A DNA stretch of 64,000 nt from Blastocystis sp. Blastoise (Eukaryota; Protista; Bigyra: Opalinata): contig JBBPEB010000009.1 of NCBI GenBank assembly GCA_039096225.1, positions 62,001-126,000 on the forward strand. Direction: 5' to 3'. The notes below the pieces were generated by a model. It did no database searches, was not told the DNA's origin, and saw only the letters and a list, made by a program, of their open reading frames with translations. Made by a program: the position numbers and the translations under genes. This document shows positions 22,641 to 34,703 of the stretch, one piece after another (the first letter of the stretch is position 1; the number at the start of each line of letters is the position of its first letter).

Positions 22641-24386
22641 TTAATACATTCGAGCATTCTTGGTTTGAGGACATATATACACAACAGAGTGGTCTGTCGA
22701 ATTATGTAAATTAGTTAAATAAGAATTATATAAGTCTTTCATAGCTACATTACCTGCTGACCACTGAATACGCCAATTTAAAGCATATTTGGAACTATAT
22801 TCATATATATAGAGAGAAAAGAATAGAATTGATGTTTTATGAGAAATATTTAATATTATATATATATATAAAGAAGAAGAAAATATTTAATATTATATAT
22901 ATATAAAGAAGAAGAAAATTTATATTTTATGAAAAATATTTAATATTATATATATATATATACTCAGGATGAGGAATATCAATAGCATAAGATTGAGAGA
23001 GAACAGCGAATTTATATCCACTATATCGTAATGTTTCTATCCATTGCACTTTATTATAACCATAATTAATAAATCGAGGATCGAAATAAGGCATTGTAGG
23101 GGTCTTCTTTAAAGCTACATATGGTTCTTGCCCAATATTGGGGAAACAGTTTATGTAAGTAATAGGAGAACTACTGGAGAGTTCATTCCAACCACGGAAA
23201 TAATAATCATGAGTGTGTGTATCGTGTCTAAAAGGAGCACAGTTCCCTTTACGAAGACAGGCATACAATTCCGATTTAGTAGCAGGAAAGGAATCTTTAA
23301 CACTATATATATATATATCATCTTTAGTAAACATAATAAATAGAATAATAATAATAATAATAATATATATACAGAAGTGCACAGGTCATAACAGATAGAC
23401 ATCCGTTAATATGATAATAGTTCTTATAGGAAAAGGCGGGAATCACTATAGCTAACTTATCGTCCTTTAAGACATATTCAGGAAGCTGCTTCAACGTCTC
23501 GTATAAATCCCCTACAGATATATAGTGTTAGGTATATATCAATGAAAGATATGTATATAGAAATAATTTTAATATATATATATGATTATTTTTTTAAAAA
23601 CATATATAAAAACATTAATATATATAAAAAACATTAAAAATATATTTTTAAACCATAATAAAACTCATAAAAAACTCAAAAAACATTAAAAACCTCATAA
23701 AAACCTCATTAAAAACCTCATAAAAAACATAAAATAAGCATACAATTAGGCCACATATCCATATCAGTCATCCAAAAGTGAGTGGTTTCAATAGCATCAA
23801 TGGCGATATTTCTGAGAAGATTGATAGGATATATATCAACATTTTTACTAACATGAATACTAATCTTCACACGTTTAGGAATATTCATTTTAGATAAAGA
23901 CTCACGAATAGTATCAACCTCATCACTAGTACAATGAACAGCAATTGACATAGGTCTATTTAATAAGAATACAGTAGTTTTTATAAATATAAAGAAAATA
24001 AATAAAAATAGAGTAGTTTTTATAAATGTACAGAAAATTAAAAATATATATACCCCTTCCATCTATCCATGGTATATCCAAGATAAAATAATCTCTCTAT
24101 GCTATAGAAACAAGAATTATCAAGAATTGTAAGAAACTGCTAACAACAATTAAATCAACTATAAGAAAATAAATATATACGATGTTTGCGAAACAAGAGT
24201 AAAGTCATTATCAGCTTCTAAACCTCGAATTAATTGCTTCTCATATAACCGTCTACCTGTAATCGCTGAACCCTCATGAAGAATAGTAGAGTCTGTTTCT
24301 CCTACAGAGAACCCTCTATTAATGCATGTTAACACACACCCAATAAAAATAAGGCATCCAAAAAGAATATTGTATTCGCTAAACAT
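22641..24386 (-). CDS. LARGE/GT49-like glycosyltransferase, paralog B
   Basis: YPINLLRNIA, HFWMTDMDMWP, QEPYVAL, FDPRFINYGYNKVQWI; N-terminal TM; stop TAA 22641-22643. Confidence 0.88.
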
Positions 24387-27300
24387 CCTTAAAATATTTC
24401 GAAAAAATAAAAAATAAAATGGTTATCTAATCATTTACACAAATGGCTTCTTCTAAGTAAAAATACTCCATTATCAGGAGAAATTATTTAAAAAACTACT
24501 GGCTACTTCATGATGTCAATCATAACAACATTCTTATTGGCTCGTTTTAAAAAGAACCAATTAATCAAAAGCATAGTTCTTGAGTTTCTTAAAAAAACTT
24601 TTTTCTTAGAGATGTCTGTGAATTCGATGATTAACTTTCAGTCGCACATAGTTTTTGTCGTTTTTAGTTTGTTTTTATAGCATAAAAAAACTTTTTTATG
24701 AGTGACTCTTGTCCTTCTAATGTTGGTCAGAAATTGGTGTACTTTAATTATATTTAGATACTTTGGTATTGAGTACACTAATAGTGGTGTTCTTTATTAT
24801 AACAACATGTATACAATAATTAAAAACATATATAGAGAACTCTGTTTAAAGTTAACACTATGGACATTTTGTGTTTTTTTGACCCTATTTCCCGTAAGAG
24901 AAACAACAAAATGACTGGGATTTTTTAATCAAAAATACGTTGGCCTAAACTCGAGAAAAGAGTGTCCGCCAACTTGTCAAGTTTCTCTCTTTTTGACGAG
25001 AAAAACTTAAAAATAACTCTACAAAATATATTGTTTATTTATATAATCATAGACATTCTAAATATTGACTATTTTACAGTGTTTTATGATTTAAAATGAC
25101 TGTTTAAAACCAAAAAGACTTTAATTTTTTCTCTGAAGTCTATAATTCAGGAATGGATTACATGAGTGACAAATTTTTTAAAGTTGTGTGTTCTCTGAGT
25201 GATGTATTATCATTTCAATCATTCTCGTCAAGTCCTTTTACAATAAAAACCATTATACAGCCTAAACCAAAACACACCTAAAAATTTCTTCTTTTTTATT
25301 TCCCAAGGAAAAAACAATAAAATGACTTGACTTTTTTATTCATCATTTTTTAGCCTAAAGACGACAACATTTCTTTCAGCCAACTACCCTAGAAAGTCAA
25401 AACAATTAAAAATTCAAAAAAGAAAAGTAAAACGGAAGCTCTTGTTTTTGTTTATTGATTATCGTCATTAAACCTGTTTTTAAAAATATGACTTTAGAAT
25501 ATCATTCAGGACTTGATTTATAGTTCAGGGTATCGTTTTAAGGTTTAAAATAGCTTTTTTGAGAGAATTCATAATTATGTCCTAAACCAAGAGGAGTTGT
25601 GTGTTTTTATCATCTCTGTTGTTAGATATGTGTATACACAACATACTCAGCTTCACATAATTGTTTTTCTTGCTAGTCAAGATTTTCACTCATTTTTAAA
25701 TATTTGATTTTTAGTCTCAAAAGTGGTATAGAGTCTCTATACATGCCTGTAAGAATCGTTTTTAATACTAAAAAGTCAAAAATATTAAAGAAAAGTGACA
25801 GTGAAAAAAGGAGGGAAAAAATACTTTTTTTGAGTTTCTTGATATTCCCGCAAAAATGATTTTTCTTTTAAGACCTGAATACACCCATACGCTATTGAGC
25901 CTATTAACTTAGAAAATATTTTCATTTGTTACTTATTTTCTTTATTTTTATTTTATTTTTATTAGCTGTTATTTTAAAAAATAGAAGTTGATTTTAACTT
26001 CAGATTATTCTCTTGTATGTATATTACTATTTTTTATTCTTTATCAATATTAACATTCTCCCATTCTCTAGCATGTATAGGTTCCTGCTCGTCCATGGTT
26101 ATAAGAGTCCTCTTCAGTCCATGTCAACAACGTCTATGATGTCAAACTACTTTCAAAGTATATATGTATTTATTTATTTTTATAATTATCTCTAATTTTT
26201 TTCTTTGTTATATTTTTAAGTATTATATAATAGAGTACTTATCGTATATTCATTCTATCTATTATTAGCTTTCTTTTTGTTTTTTCTTAAATTAGAATCT
26301 AATTCATTTTATTATTTATTTTCATTATTTTTATATTTTTATTTATTATTATTTATTTATTTAGGTTGTTTTCTACTGTTTCTGTTGGTTATCTTTCCCT
26401 ATGACTCAACATCACCAAATTCATTTTTTTCTATTAGGTATGTTTATTTATTTATTTATTTATTTATTTATTATCTAGTTCTTCTTTATTTCTTCTTCTT
26501 ACACAAAATGATTCCTTCTTCTCTCTTCTTCATTTTCTTCCTTCTACACTTTTATCTCCTTATTTCTTCATCTTCTTTCTTTATTACTTCTTCCTATGCC
26601 TTGTCTCCAGCCTATATCCTTGTCTCTCCCTTTGATTCATTATCTTCCTCAGATCTTCATTTTTCTTTTATTTTTTCTTCTATCTAAATTCCTTTATTTT
26701 TCTTTTTTTTAATTATACCTCTCTCTTATCTTCGCTTCCCTTTTATATCACTCTTTCATTACTCTTTCTTAATCACTATTCTATTTACATTGTATTTCGT
26801 TATGTCTTTTTCTTTTATCCTGTTATCCTCTTCTCCTTATTCTATACTTCTTTTTCCTCGACATGTATTAGTGTATACCCTCCTTTTCTTCCTCTTCCTC
26901 TTCTTCTTCTTCTTCTTCTCCATATAATTCTTTGCTTTTTTCAGATCTTCATCTTCTTATTTATATTTATATCACTATTTATTATATATATAGTTCTCTT
27001 CTATTATTTGCCTTCCTCCTCTTCCTTCTTTCTATTCTTCTCATACTTCTTCTCTCCTCCTTCTGATTCCCTTTTTTTTACTGCCCTATTTTCCTTCTTT
27101 ATCTTCCTTCTCTCCTCTTTCTGTATAATTCTATCTCAATCTTCCTTCTCTCCCTCTCTATTCTCGTATCCATCTTTATCCTTATTCTTTTTCCATTTAT
27201 TTCTCTCTGTCCCTGTCTATTTTATCTTATATGTCTCTTTCTACCTTCTTGTTTCCTTTTATATTTCCTTCTATGTCTCCTTTTCCACTTTATATCTACT

Positions 27301-28483
27301 TTTTTTTCTCTCTCTCCTTCTCTCTATTATTATATATTCTTATGTTCTAGTTATCTATTTTCTATTTTTATTTCTATCCTTTCATTCTCTATATTGTTAT
27401 ATCTACTTCTATTTTGTCTCTTTTCTTCTATCTTAATCTTCTATTTAATCCTTTTATTTCTTTCTATATATCTATATCTTCTTGTCTCTAACTTCTTTCT
27501 TAATCTCTTTTATATCCTTCTATTTCTCCTTCTATCTCTCCTTCTTTCTCCTTTTCTATTTTCTTCTAACCATCTTTTTTCCTATTTTTCTCTTTCTATC
27601 CCTATTATCTCATTCTCTATCTTCTTCTATATTCTTCTTCTTTCATCTTCTCTCCTTCTTCCTTCATCTTTCAATTTCCTTCTCTATCTTCCTTTTATCT
27701 CAGCTACTCCTTCTGTCTCAATCTTCAGTCTTTCCTTTTCTTTCTCTTTCAACATCATTCTATCTCTCTGTATTCCTATATTTCTCTTCATATTTCTCTA
27801 TCCTTATCTATCTCATTCTACCTCATTTATGTGTCTCAATCTCATTCTCTATTTCCTTCTATTTTCTCTTATCTACTTATATCTTCGTATATTTCCTTAT
27901 ATCTACGTATATCTACTTCTCTATCTTATTATATCTCCTTCTAACTTAATTTACTTCCTCTTCTTCTTTTTCTCCTTCTATCTCCTCTTCTATCTCCTCT
28001 TTATTCTCCATCATCTTCTATCTACTTCTCTATTTCCATCTACATCCTTCCATCTTACTACATCTCAATCCGTTTTCTCTCCTTCTATATCCTTTTATAT
28101 CCTTTTATCTCTCTTTCTCTCTTATCCTATTTATTTTTCTTATTTCTATCCATTTCTATCTACTTTATCTTCTCTATCTCATTCTATTGTATCTATATCA
28201 TTCTCTTATCTTTCTATCTCCTTCTATTTTTAATCTTTTCTATCTACTTCTCCTTCTCTATTTCCTTCTATTCACTTCTATATACATCTCATTCTTCAAA
28301 TCATTCTATATTCTTCCCTTCTTCCTTTTAACTCTTGCTATTTGTTTTTATTTTAATCTACTTCTCTCTTCCCTCAATCGACTTTTATCTACTTCTCCTT
28401 CTCTGTTTGATTCTATCTCCTCTCTATCCATATTTTCCTTTTTATTAATATTTATCTCCTTCTCTATATCTTTCGGTATTCTT

Positions 28484-28488
28484 CTATC

Positions 28489-28561
<73 letters not shown>

Positions 28562-28570
28562 ATATCTATC
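28484..28570. repeat. (TATC)n microsatellite
   Basis: Direct tetranucleotide run. Confidence 0.9.
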
Positions 28571-29474
28571 TATTTATTTATCTCAATCCCCTCTCCCCTT
28601 CTATATATTTTATTACCTTCTATGTCTCTACCCTATTTCCCGTTTTCTTTCTGTCTCTTTCTTCTCTCATATACTATTGTTCTATCTTTTCTTTTTTTAT
28701 TCTTCTTTTTTTCTTCTTTGTTTTTTCTATTATACTTCTTTATCTTGCTTTGTCTCTCCTTCTCTCTATGTCATTCAAATTATAATTCTCTCTATCATTC
28801 CCTATCGTTTTCTTTGTATGTATTTTTCTTTCTAATTTTTTTCTATATAAATTTATCTTTCTTGATATTCACTTCCTGCTCCTTTTTTCTCCCTTCTTCG
28901 TCTCATCTTCTTTTCTTCGTCTTCCAATTCTATCTGTTTTCCTCCTCCTTCTCTATCCTTCTCAATTCCTCTCTACCTATCTTTATATTCTTTCTTTTTT
29001 ATACACCTTCCCTACTCCTCTATTTCTCTTTTTATCTTTATTCTTGTATCTATTTTTATCTTATTCTCTATTTCATTTGATTTCTTTTGTATATCTCTCA
29101 TTCTATATAGAATTCTATCTCTTTCTATCTAATTTCTTCTTTATGTCTCTCTTTTCTTCTTTCTTTCTATTCATCTATTAGTGTATCTATCTATTTATAT
29201 CTTTGTATTTTTTTTCTCTCTATCTATCTATCTATCTATCTATCTCTTTTATTTCTTTATATCTTTCTGTTTCTCTATATATGTTTCTTGTTTATTCTTC
29301 TTTTCTTTTCTTTCTCTTCTTCTTCATTTTCTTGTATATCTTCTTCCTATTCTTTATCTTACTTTTCTTTCTTTTTTTCACCTCCTTCCTTGTCTCTTCT
29401 TCACATTCATCCTCTTGTTCTCTTATTAATCTATTTATTCTTTCTTATCATTATTCTATTTATTCTTCATCTTC

Positions 29475-30020
29475 TTGTTGTCATTATTCATTTCCTTCTT
29501 CTTATTCTTCCTTATCTTCCTTATCTTCTTATTCTTCTTCCTATTCTTCTTCTTCTTCCTTATCTTCTTCCTATTCTTCTTTTCTTCTTCTTCCTTATCT
29601 TCTTCTTATTCTTCCTTATCTTCCTTATCTTCTTATTCTTCTTCCTATTCTTCTTCTTCTTCCTTATCTTCTTCCTATTCTTCTTTTCTTTTTCTTCTTC
29701 CTATTCTTCTTTTCTTCTTCTTCCTTATCTTCTTCTTCTTCTTCCTTATCTTCCTTATCTTCTTATTCTTCTTATTCTTCCTTATCTTCTTATTCTTCTT
29801 CCTATTCTTCTTCTTCTTCCTTATCTTCTTCCTATTCTTCTTTTCTTCTTCTTCCTTATCTTCCTTATCTTCTTCCTATTCTTCTTTTCTTCTTCTTATT
29901 CTTCCTTATCTTCTTCTTATTCTTCCTTATCTTCCTTATCTTCTTCCTTATCTTCTTCTTATTCTTCCTTATCTTCCTTATCTTCTTCCTTATCTTCCTT
30001 ATCTTCTTCTTATTCTTTAT
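29475..30020. repeat. Polypyrimidine minisatellite built from TCT/TCCTTA/TAT units with higher-order repeats
   Basis: Repeated tcttcttattcttccttatcttcc-type units; source of the spurious S/L/F ORFs. Confidence 0.88.
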
Positions 30021-32219
30021 CCTCTAATCCTCTTCTCTTCTGCATTCCTTATTATTATAGATCTCTATATATCTATCTTTGTCATTTATTATAAATTATT
30101 TTTCATTTTTTTTATTAATCTCAATAATTAAAGACCCTATCTCATTTACTTTATATTTCTTTCTCTTTTATTCTTTTTTACTTCTTTTCCCTTCTTCTAG
30201 CATCCTTTTTCACTTATACATATATAAATATATCCTTACACATCATACTGACTCATTATTCCTACTATTTTACTTTCATTTATGTATTTTTATTCTATAT
30301 TATCCTTAAGCTTATATTGGTAAGTATCTATCAGTTTATGATAGAAAACAGGTTCAATTCCTGTCTTAAGGTCAATTACATAACTAATTCTTTATATATA
30401 GGTATCAATAATTATATTATATTAATTTTTTCAAAAATTATCTATTCAAATAGATGAAGATAAATTAGATCAATTACTATTTTTTTCTTTACATATGTAT
30501 TTATTTCATCATTGAATGCATTGATAATATATAGATCAATCAAAAATAGCATTCAAAATAATCTTTTTAACAAAAAGAGACACAATAACATTCAATTACT
30601 TCTTAAGTGTATTATAAAACAAAATAATCTTCTCAAAAGATTATTCAAGTCGTTTTATAATGAGTATATGTGAAAAATTAGTTTAGTTCAAAATAATAAT
30701 TCTCATTTTTCAAAATTATATTATCAAATGATTCTGCGTAATTTTTTTTTCATATAACCACTATACCCTTTTACACAAGAAAATAATCATTTAAATACAT
30801 TTTTAAGTTGATAAACAATAAATTAAGAATTTATTCTTGTTAAAAAACAAAATTCTTAGAAAATATTACTAGAATCATACAAATAATCAATGCAACTATT
30901 CAATTATACACCTTTAACGTGATTTAAGACAAGTCATAAAAATGGAGATTCTCAATATTTTATATTTTTTAACTAATTGATATTTTAATAACTTTTAAAC
31001 TTCATTTAAACACTAAATATGTAATATAATATGTTTTTGTCATTTTCGAAATTAGAATATGTATTTCAAATAATTTTAGTTTTACTAAAAATCACTTAAA
31101 ATGAATACACAGAGTTTGTAGACAATAAATAAATTATGAATAAAACTATATATCGATATAAGACTTTTTTTGACAAAAAAGTGATTTTTGCATTTGTTTT
31201 ATAATAAACTATCAACACGACTCCGACTATTCAACTAAAAATATATAAAATATGATTTTTGTTTGTTTATACGTATATTTGATAATAGTAAGTCCTTGAA
31301 TACTAGAAAAAGTTCTTGCTGAGTAATTATAAAATACTATTTTGATTTGTTTTTGATATTATTTAAATGAAAAACACTATTTGCATGAAAAAATGCTTAC
31401 TCTATGTATTTCAAGTCTATTTAAAGGTATTAGAAGACTTTAACTTGATTCCAATTATTGCTTTAATTCACTTTTAAAATGTTTTTACCACTCTCTTTGT
31501 CATATTATGATAACAGATTAATAAAAAATCGGGACAAATACATTAAAAAGATAATATTTCATAACATTTTCGACTCTAGACCTTTTTATCTTCATTTTCT
31601 TTATTTTATAATTTTATTGAAGATATGTGATAAAACTGATTCTTTAAATAATGATTCAGGCAATCATTCTGGATTATATAAATGACTTTTATTCTGGAAA
31701 TAGAAGTTTCAGAGTCTTCTCTATAAGTCTGTATTGTAACCTATATTTATTTTTTAAAAGACTTATACTTACTGAGTGATACTAAAAATAATTTTGACAA
31801 TTAAGGATAAAAATCACTCTTCCATAGTCAAAACTGATTATAAAATGATATAATGATAAATAACTATATAATTCTTTAAAATAAAACAATTTTTGTATTA
31901 CTTATGATAATTATGATAAATTGAAAATAACAATAACAATATCCATTTTCCTCATAGAAATAAAATTTTTCTTTCTCTTTTATTCTTAACCATTCATTTT
32001 TCTTATGATGAAGATTCTCTATATTTAGTAGATATGAGATTATTCATGTTTATTTTCATTATTTCAGCTATATCTTCTAAATTCCTATTACACCCTTTTA
32101 TAACAAAACAAAATGCTACATGACTTATCACATATTTATTTTATTATATCTTATATGATTAATATGATATATTATTAAATTTTATTTTTATTTTATTATA
32201 TATGATACTATTATGATGG

Positions 32220-32900
32220 TAGGTGTTTGCTGTTTCTTTATATTTTATTTTTTCTACTCTATTCATTCATTTTCTATAGTAGCTGTCTCTGCTTGGTGTT
32301 TTGACACTTGCTGGTCTCCTTAAACGTTCTGGTCCTTCTTGTGTGTGGTCGTGGCTCTCTTATAGATGGGTTCTTTAGGTCTAGAATGGAAGGAATCAAT
32401 GTTAAAAGAAGGTATATATCATCTATATTATCTATTACATATTATATAACTAACCCCACTTTATATTTATATAGCATTAATGTATATATTTATATTTTAT
32501 TATTCTATATTAATTTACTTTATTATATATTATTATATTATATAACTTACTCTATCTTTATATAGGTTTCCAGGGGTTCCGTTGCTGTCGTTGTTGTTAA
32601 TTGGAGAGAATGGTTTATAAAAAGTATATATATATATTTAATTATATTGTTTTATTCATTATACTATTTATCATATATCTTTTATAGGATGGTTCTTTGT
32701 CTTTGATTCCTTGCCTGTCTTGTAATGATTAGAAAAGGTATATATTTTTTATTTTATTATTATTTTAAAATGTTATATATATATTATTATTAGTAATACT
32801 TAACTAATATCATCTCTTTATATAGGTTGCTTAGGCTTAAATGCAAATTAAAGACTGAAACTGTCCTGGTTGAAATATTATAAATTAAATATTATATATA
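32220..32900 (+). ncRNA. Candidate spliced non-coding RNA or decayed gene, about 4 exons
   Basis: GC-richer exons separated by host-style GTATAT...TATAG introns (donors near 32412, 32625, 32738); stops in all frames; TGTTTGTT-like motif near 33004. Confidence 0.38.
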
Positions 32901-33166
32901 TTTTATTATATTATTTATTATATGTTTTATTATCTTTTTTTTATATATTTATTATTATTGTTTTCTATTATTTGTTTTTATGATTATTTGATAATATTTA
33001 ATTTGTTTGTTTTGTTATATCGTTTATTATTACACCACAAAAAGAATAAAAAAACCAATAAATGAAAAAATAGAGAATATTTAAAACCATTTTTATTCGC
33101 CAATTATTGTTTTAAGGTGCGTCATACTTTTGCACTGCTTTTCGATTTTATAAAATCACTGAAACT

Positions 33167-33385
33167 CTGACAAAAAATTTCACTGCTCACCACTGGGGAA
33201 ACCAAAGCAAAAAAGTCGTTGGACCTTTTGTCAGCTACCCTTTAAAATTTTTTCACTGCTCCACCACTGGGGAAACCAAACAGAAAAATCAAATAACCTT
33301 TTGTCAGCTACATATTTAAAAATTTTCACTGCTCACCACTGGGGAAACCAAAACAAAAAAGTCGTTGGACCTTTTGACAGAAACC
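33167..33385. repeat. Three tandem copies of a ~73-bp unit (TCACTGCTCACCACTGGGGAAACCAAA...CCTTTTGTCAG)
   Basis: Unit cores start at about 33180, 33253 and 33326. Confidence 0.9.
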
Positions 33386-33434
33386 TGAAAAAATGTCCAT
33401 AGTGTAACATCCCTTTTAAGAGAAAAGAGAAAAG

Positions 33435-33496
<62 letters not shown>

Positions 33497-34703
33497 TCAA
33501 ATAATATATTGTTGAACAAATTAATAATAATATAAAAATAGAAACGCACATGAATTTTGGAAGACTATAAAGATACACTATTTATATGCAGAGAAATTGT
33601 TTACATATAAAAAAAAAATTCGTGAGAAATAATACAGTATACGAATAGTGCTTTTTTGCTAATAATTTATATATATATGCTTCATAATATATATGAAAGA
33701 TAAAAAGGGATAATAGATCATGTATATAAAGAGTAATATATATAAAATGATATCTTAATAATAAAAGTATATATATTGACATAAACAAAACAATTTTATC
33801 ATGTAAAAATAACTTTTAAATGATATCTAGAAGGAAAAAGAATTTGAAAAAACATGCACTATATACAAATGTTTTCACTTATATAAATAATATTAATACA
33901 TACATAATAATGATAACACAAAGACAAAAAAAACGTCAATAAGACATAAATATCAAATAACAAATAAAGAAAAAGATAAGAAAAAAACAAAACATTAAAA
34001 AAAACTCAACTTAATAAAAAAAAGGAAATGAAAAAGAAATGATGAAAATAAATGAAGAAAAGGATTTTTATAATGAAATGGAATATATATAATATGATGA
34101 GAAATAGGGAAAAAATATGTGAGAAAAAAAAAATATAATAATCTAAAATAGAGAAACAAAGTAATAATTATATATAAAGTATTAACAATAAGGTATAGCA
34201 TCTATAGATCAATATATATATTAAAGGTTTTACATATAATATAGAGAAATAGGAATTTAGAGGGAGAATAATAAAAAAAGGAAACAGTCGTTTTCTTTAT
34301 AAATCGTACATAAATAATAATCAAATAAGAATATAACCAAAGAAGTAAAAAAGATATAAAAAGAAATATATAAATATATAAACAACAAAAGAAAATCTTG
34401 AAAAATAAACAAATAAAAAAAAAAGTGTTTATTACAAATGAAGAACAACTACAAAAAGTTCTTACATAAAACAATGTTTTAAAAAAAGTATAAATATGCT
34501 GAATAATAAAGAGAGCTTAAGAATATAGAGAAACATGGATCATAAATAATAAAAAGGATAAAAAGTATTATTGTAAAAATATTTTTAAAATGATAATCAG
34601 TCATATATAGAGAATAGAGTATATATAGTATTATGTATATAGAGTATAGAGAAGGTAGAAGTGGTAATGAAATAAGTATAGAACATGAGGGAGAATACTA
34701 AGA

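Larger units (their letters stand above)
25950..30310 (+). ncRNA. Candidate spliced long non-coding transcript with a long C/T-rich 3' exon
   Basis: Consecutive intron-like units (GTATGT..TAG near 26015-26071, GTATAT near 26158, GTATGT..TAG near 26438-26478) flanking GC-richer exons with no long ORF, followed by about 4 kb nearly G-free plus strand. Confidence 0.3.

Noticed and set aside
29475-30200. Minus-strand EEDKEE* pattern suggesting TAA/TAG reassigned to Gln
   Set aside because: The frame is not maintained, TGA also occurs nearby, and the real genes here end in TAA/TAG under the standard code.
26277-30309. Long hydrophobic F/L/S/I ORFs on the plus strand
   Set aside because: They overlap in several frames and result from C/T-rich composition that suppresses stop codons; no recognisable protein features.
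33167-33385. CRISPR-like array
   Set aside because: Eukaryotic context, no cas genes, and the inter-repeat segments are related to each other, so it is a tandem repeat.
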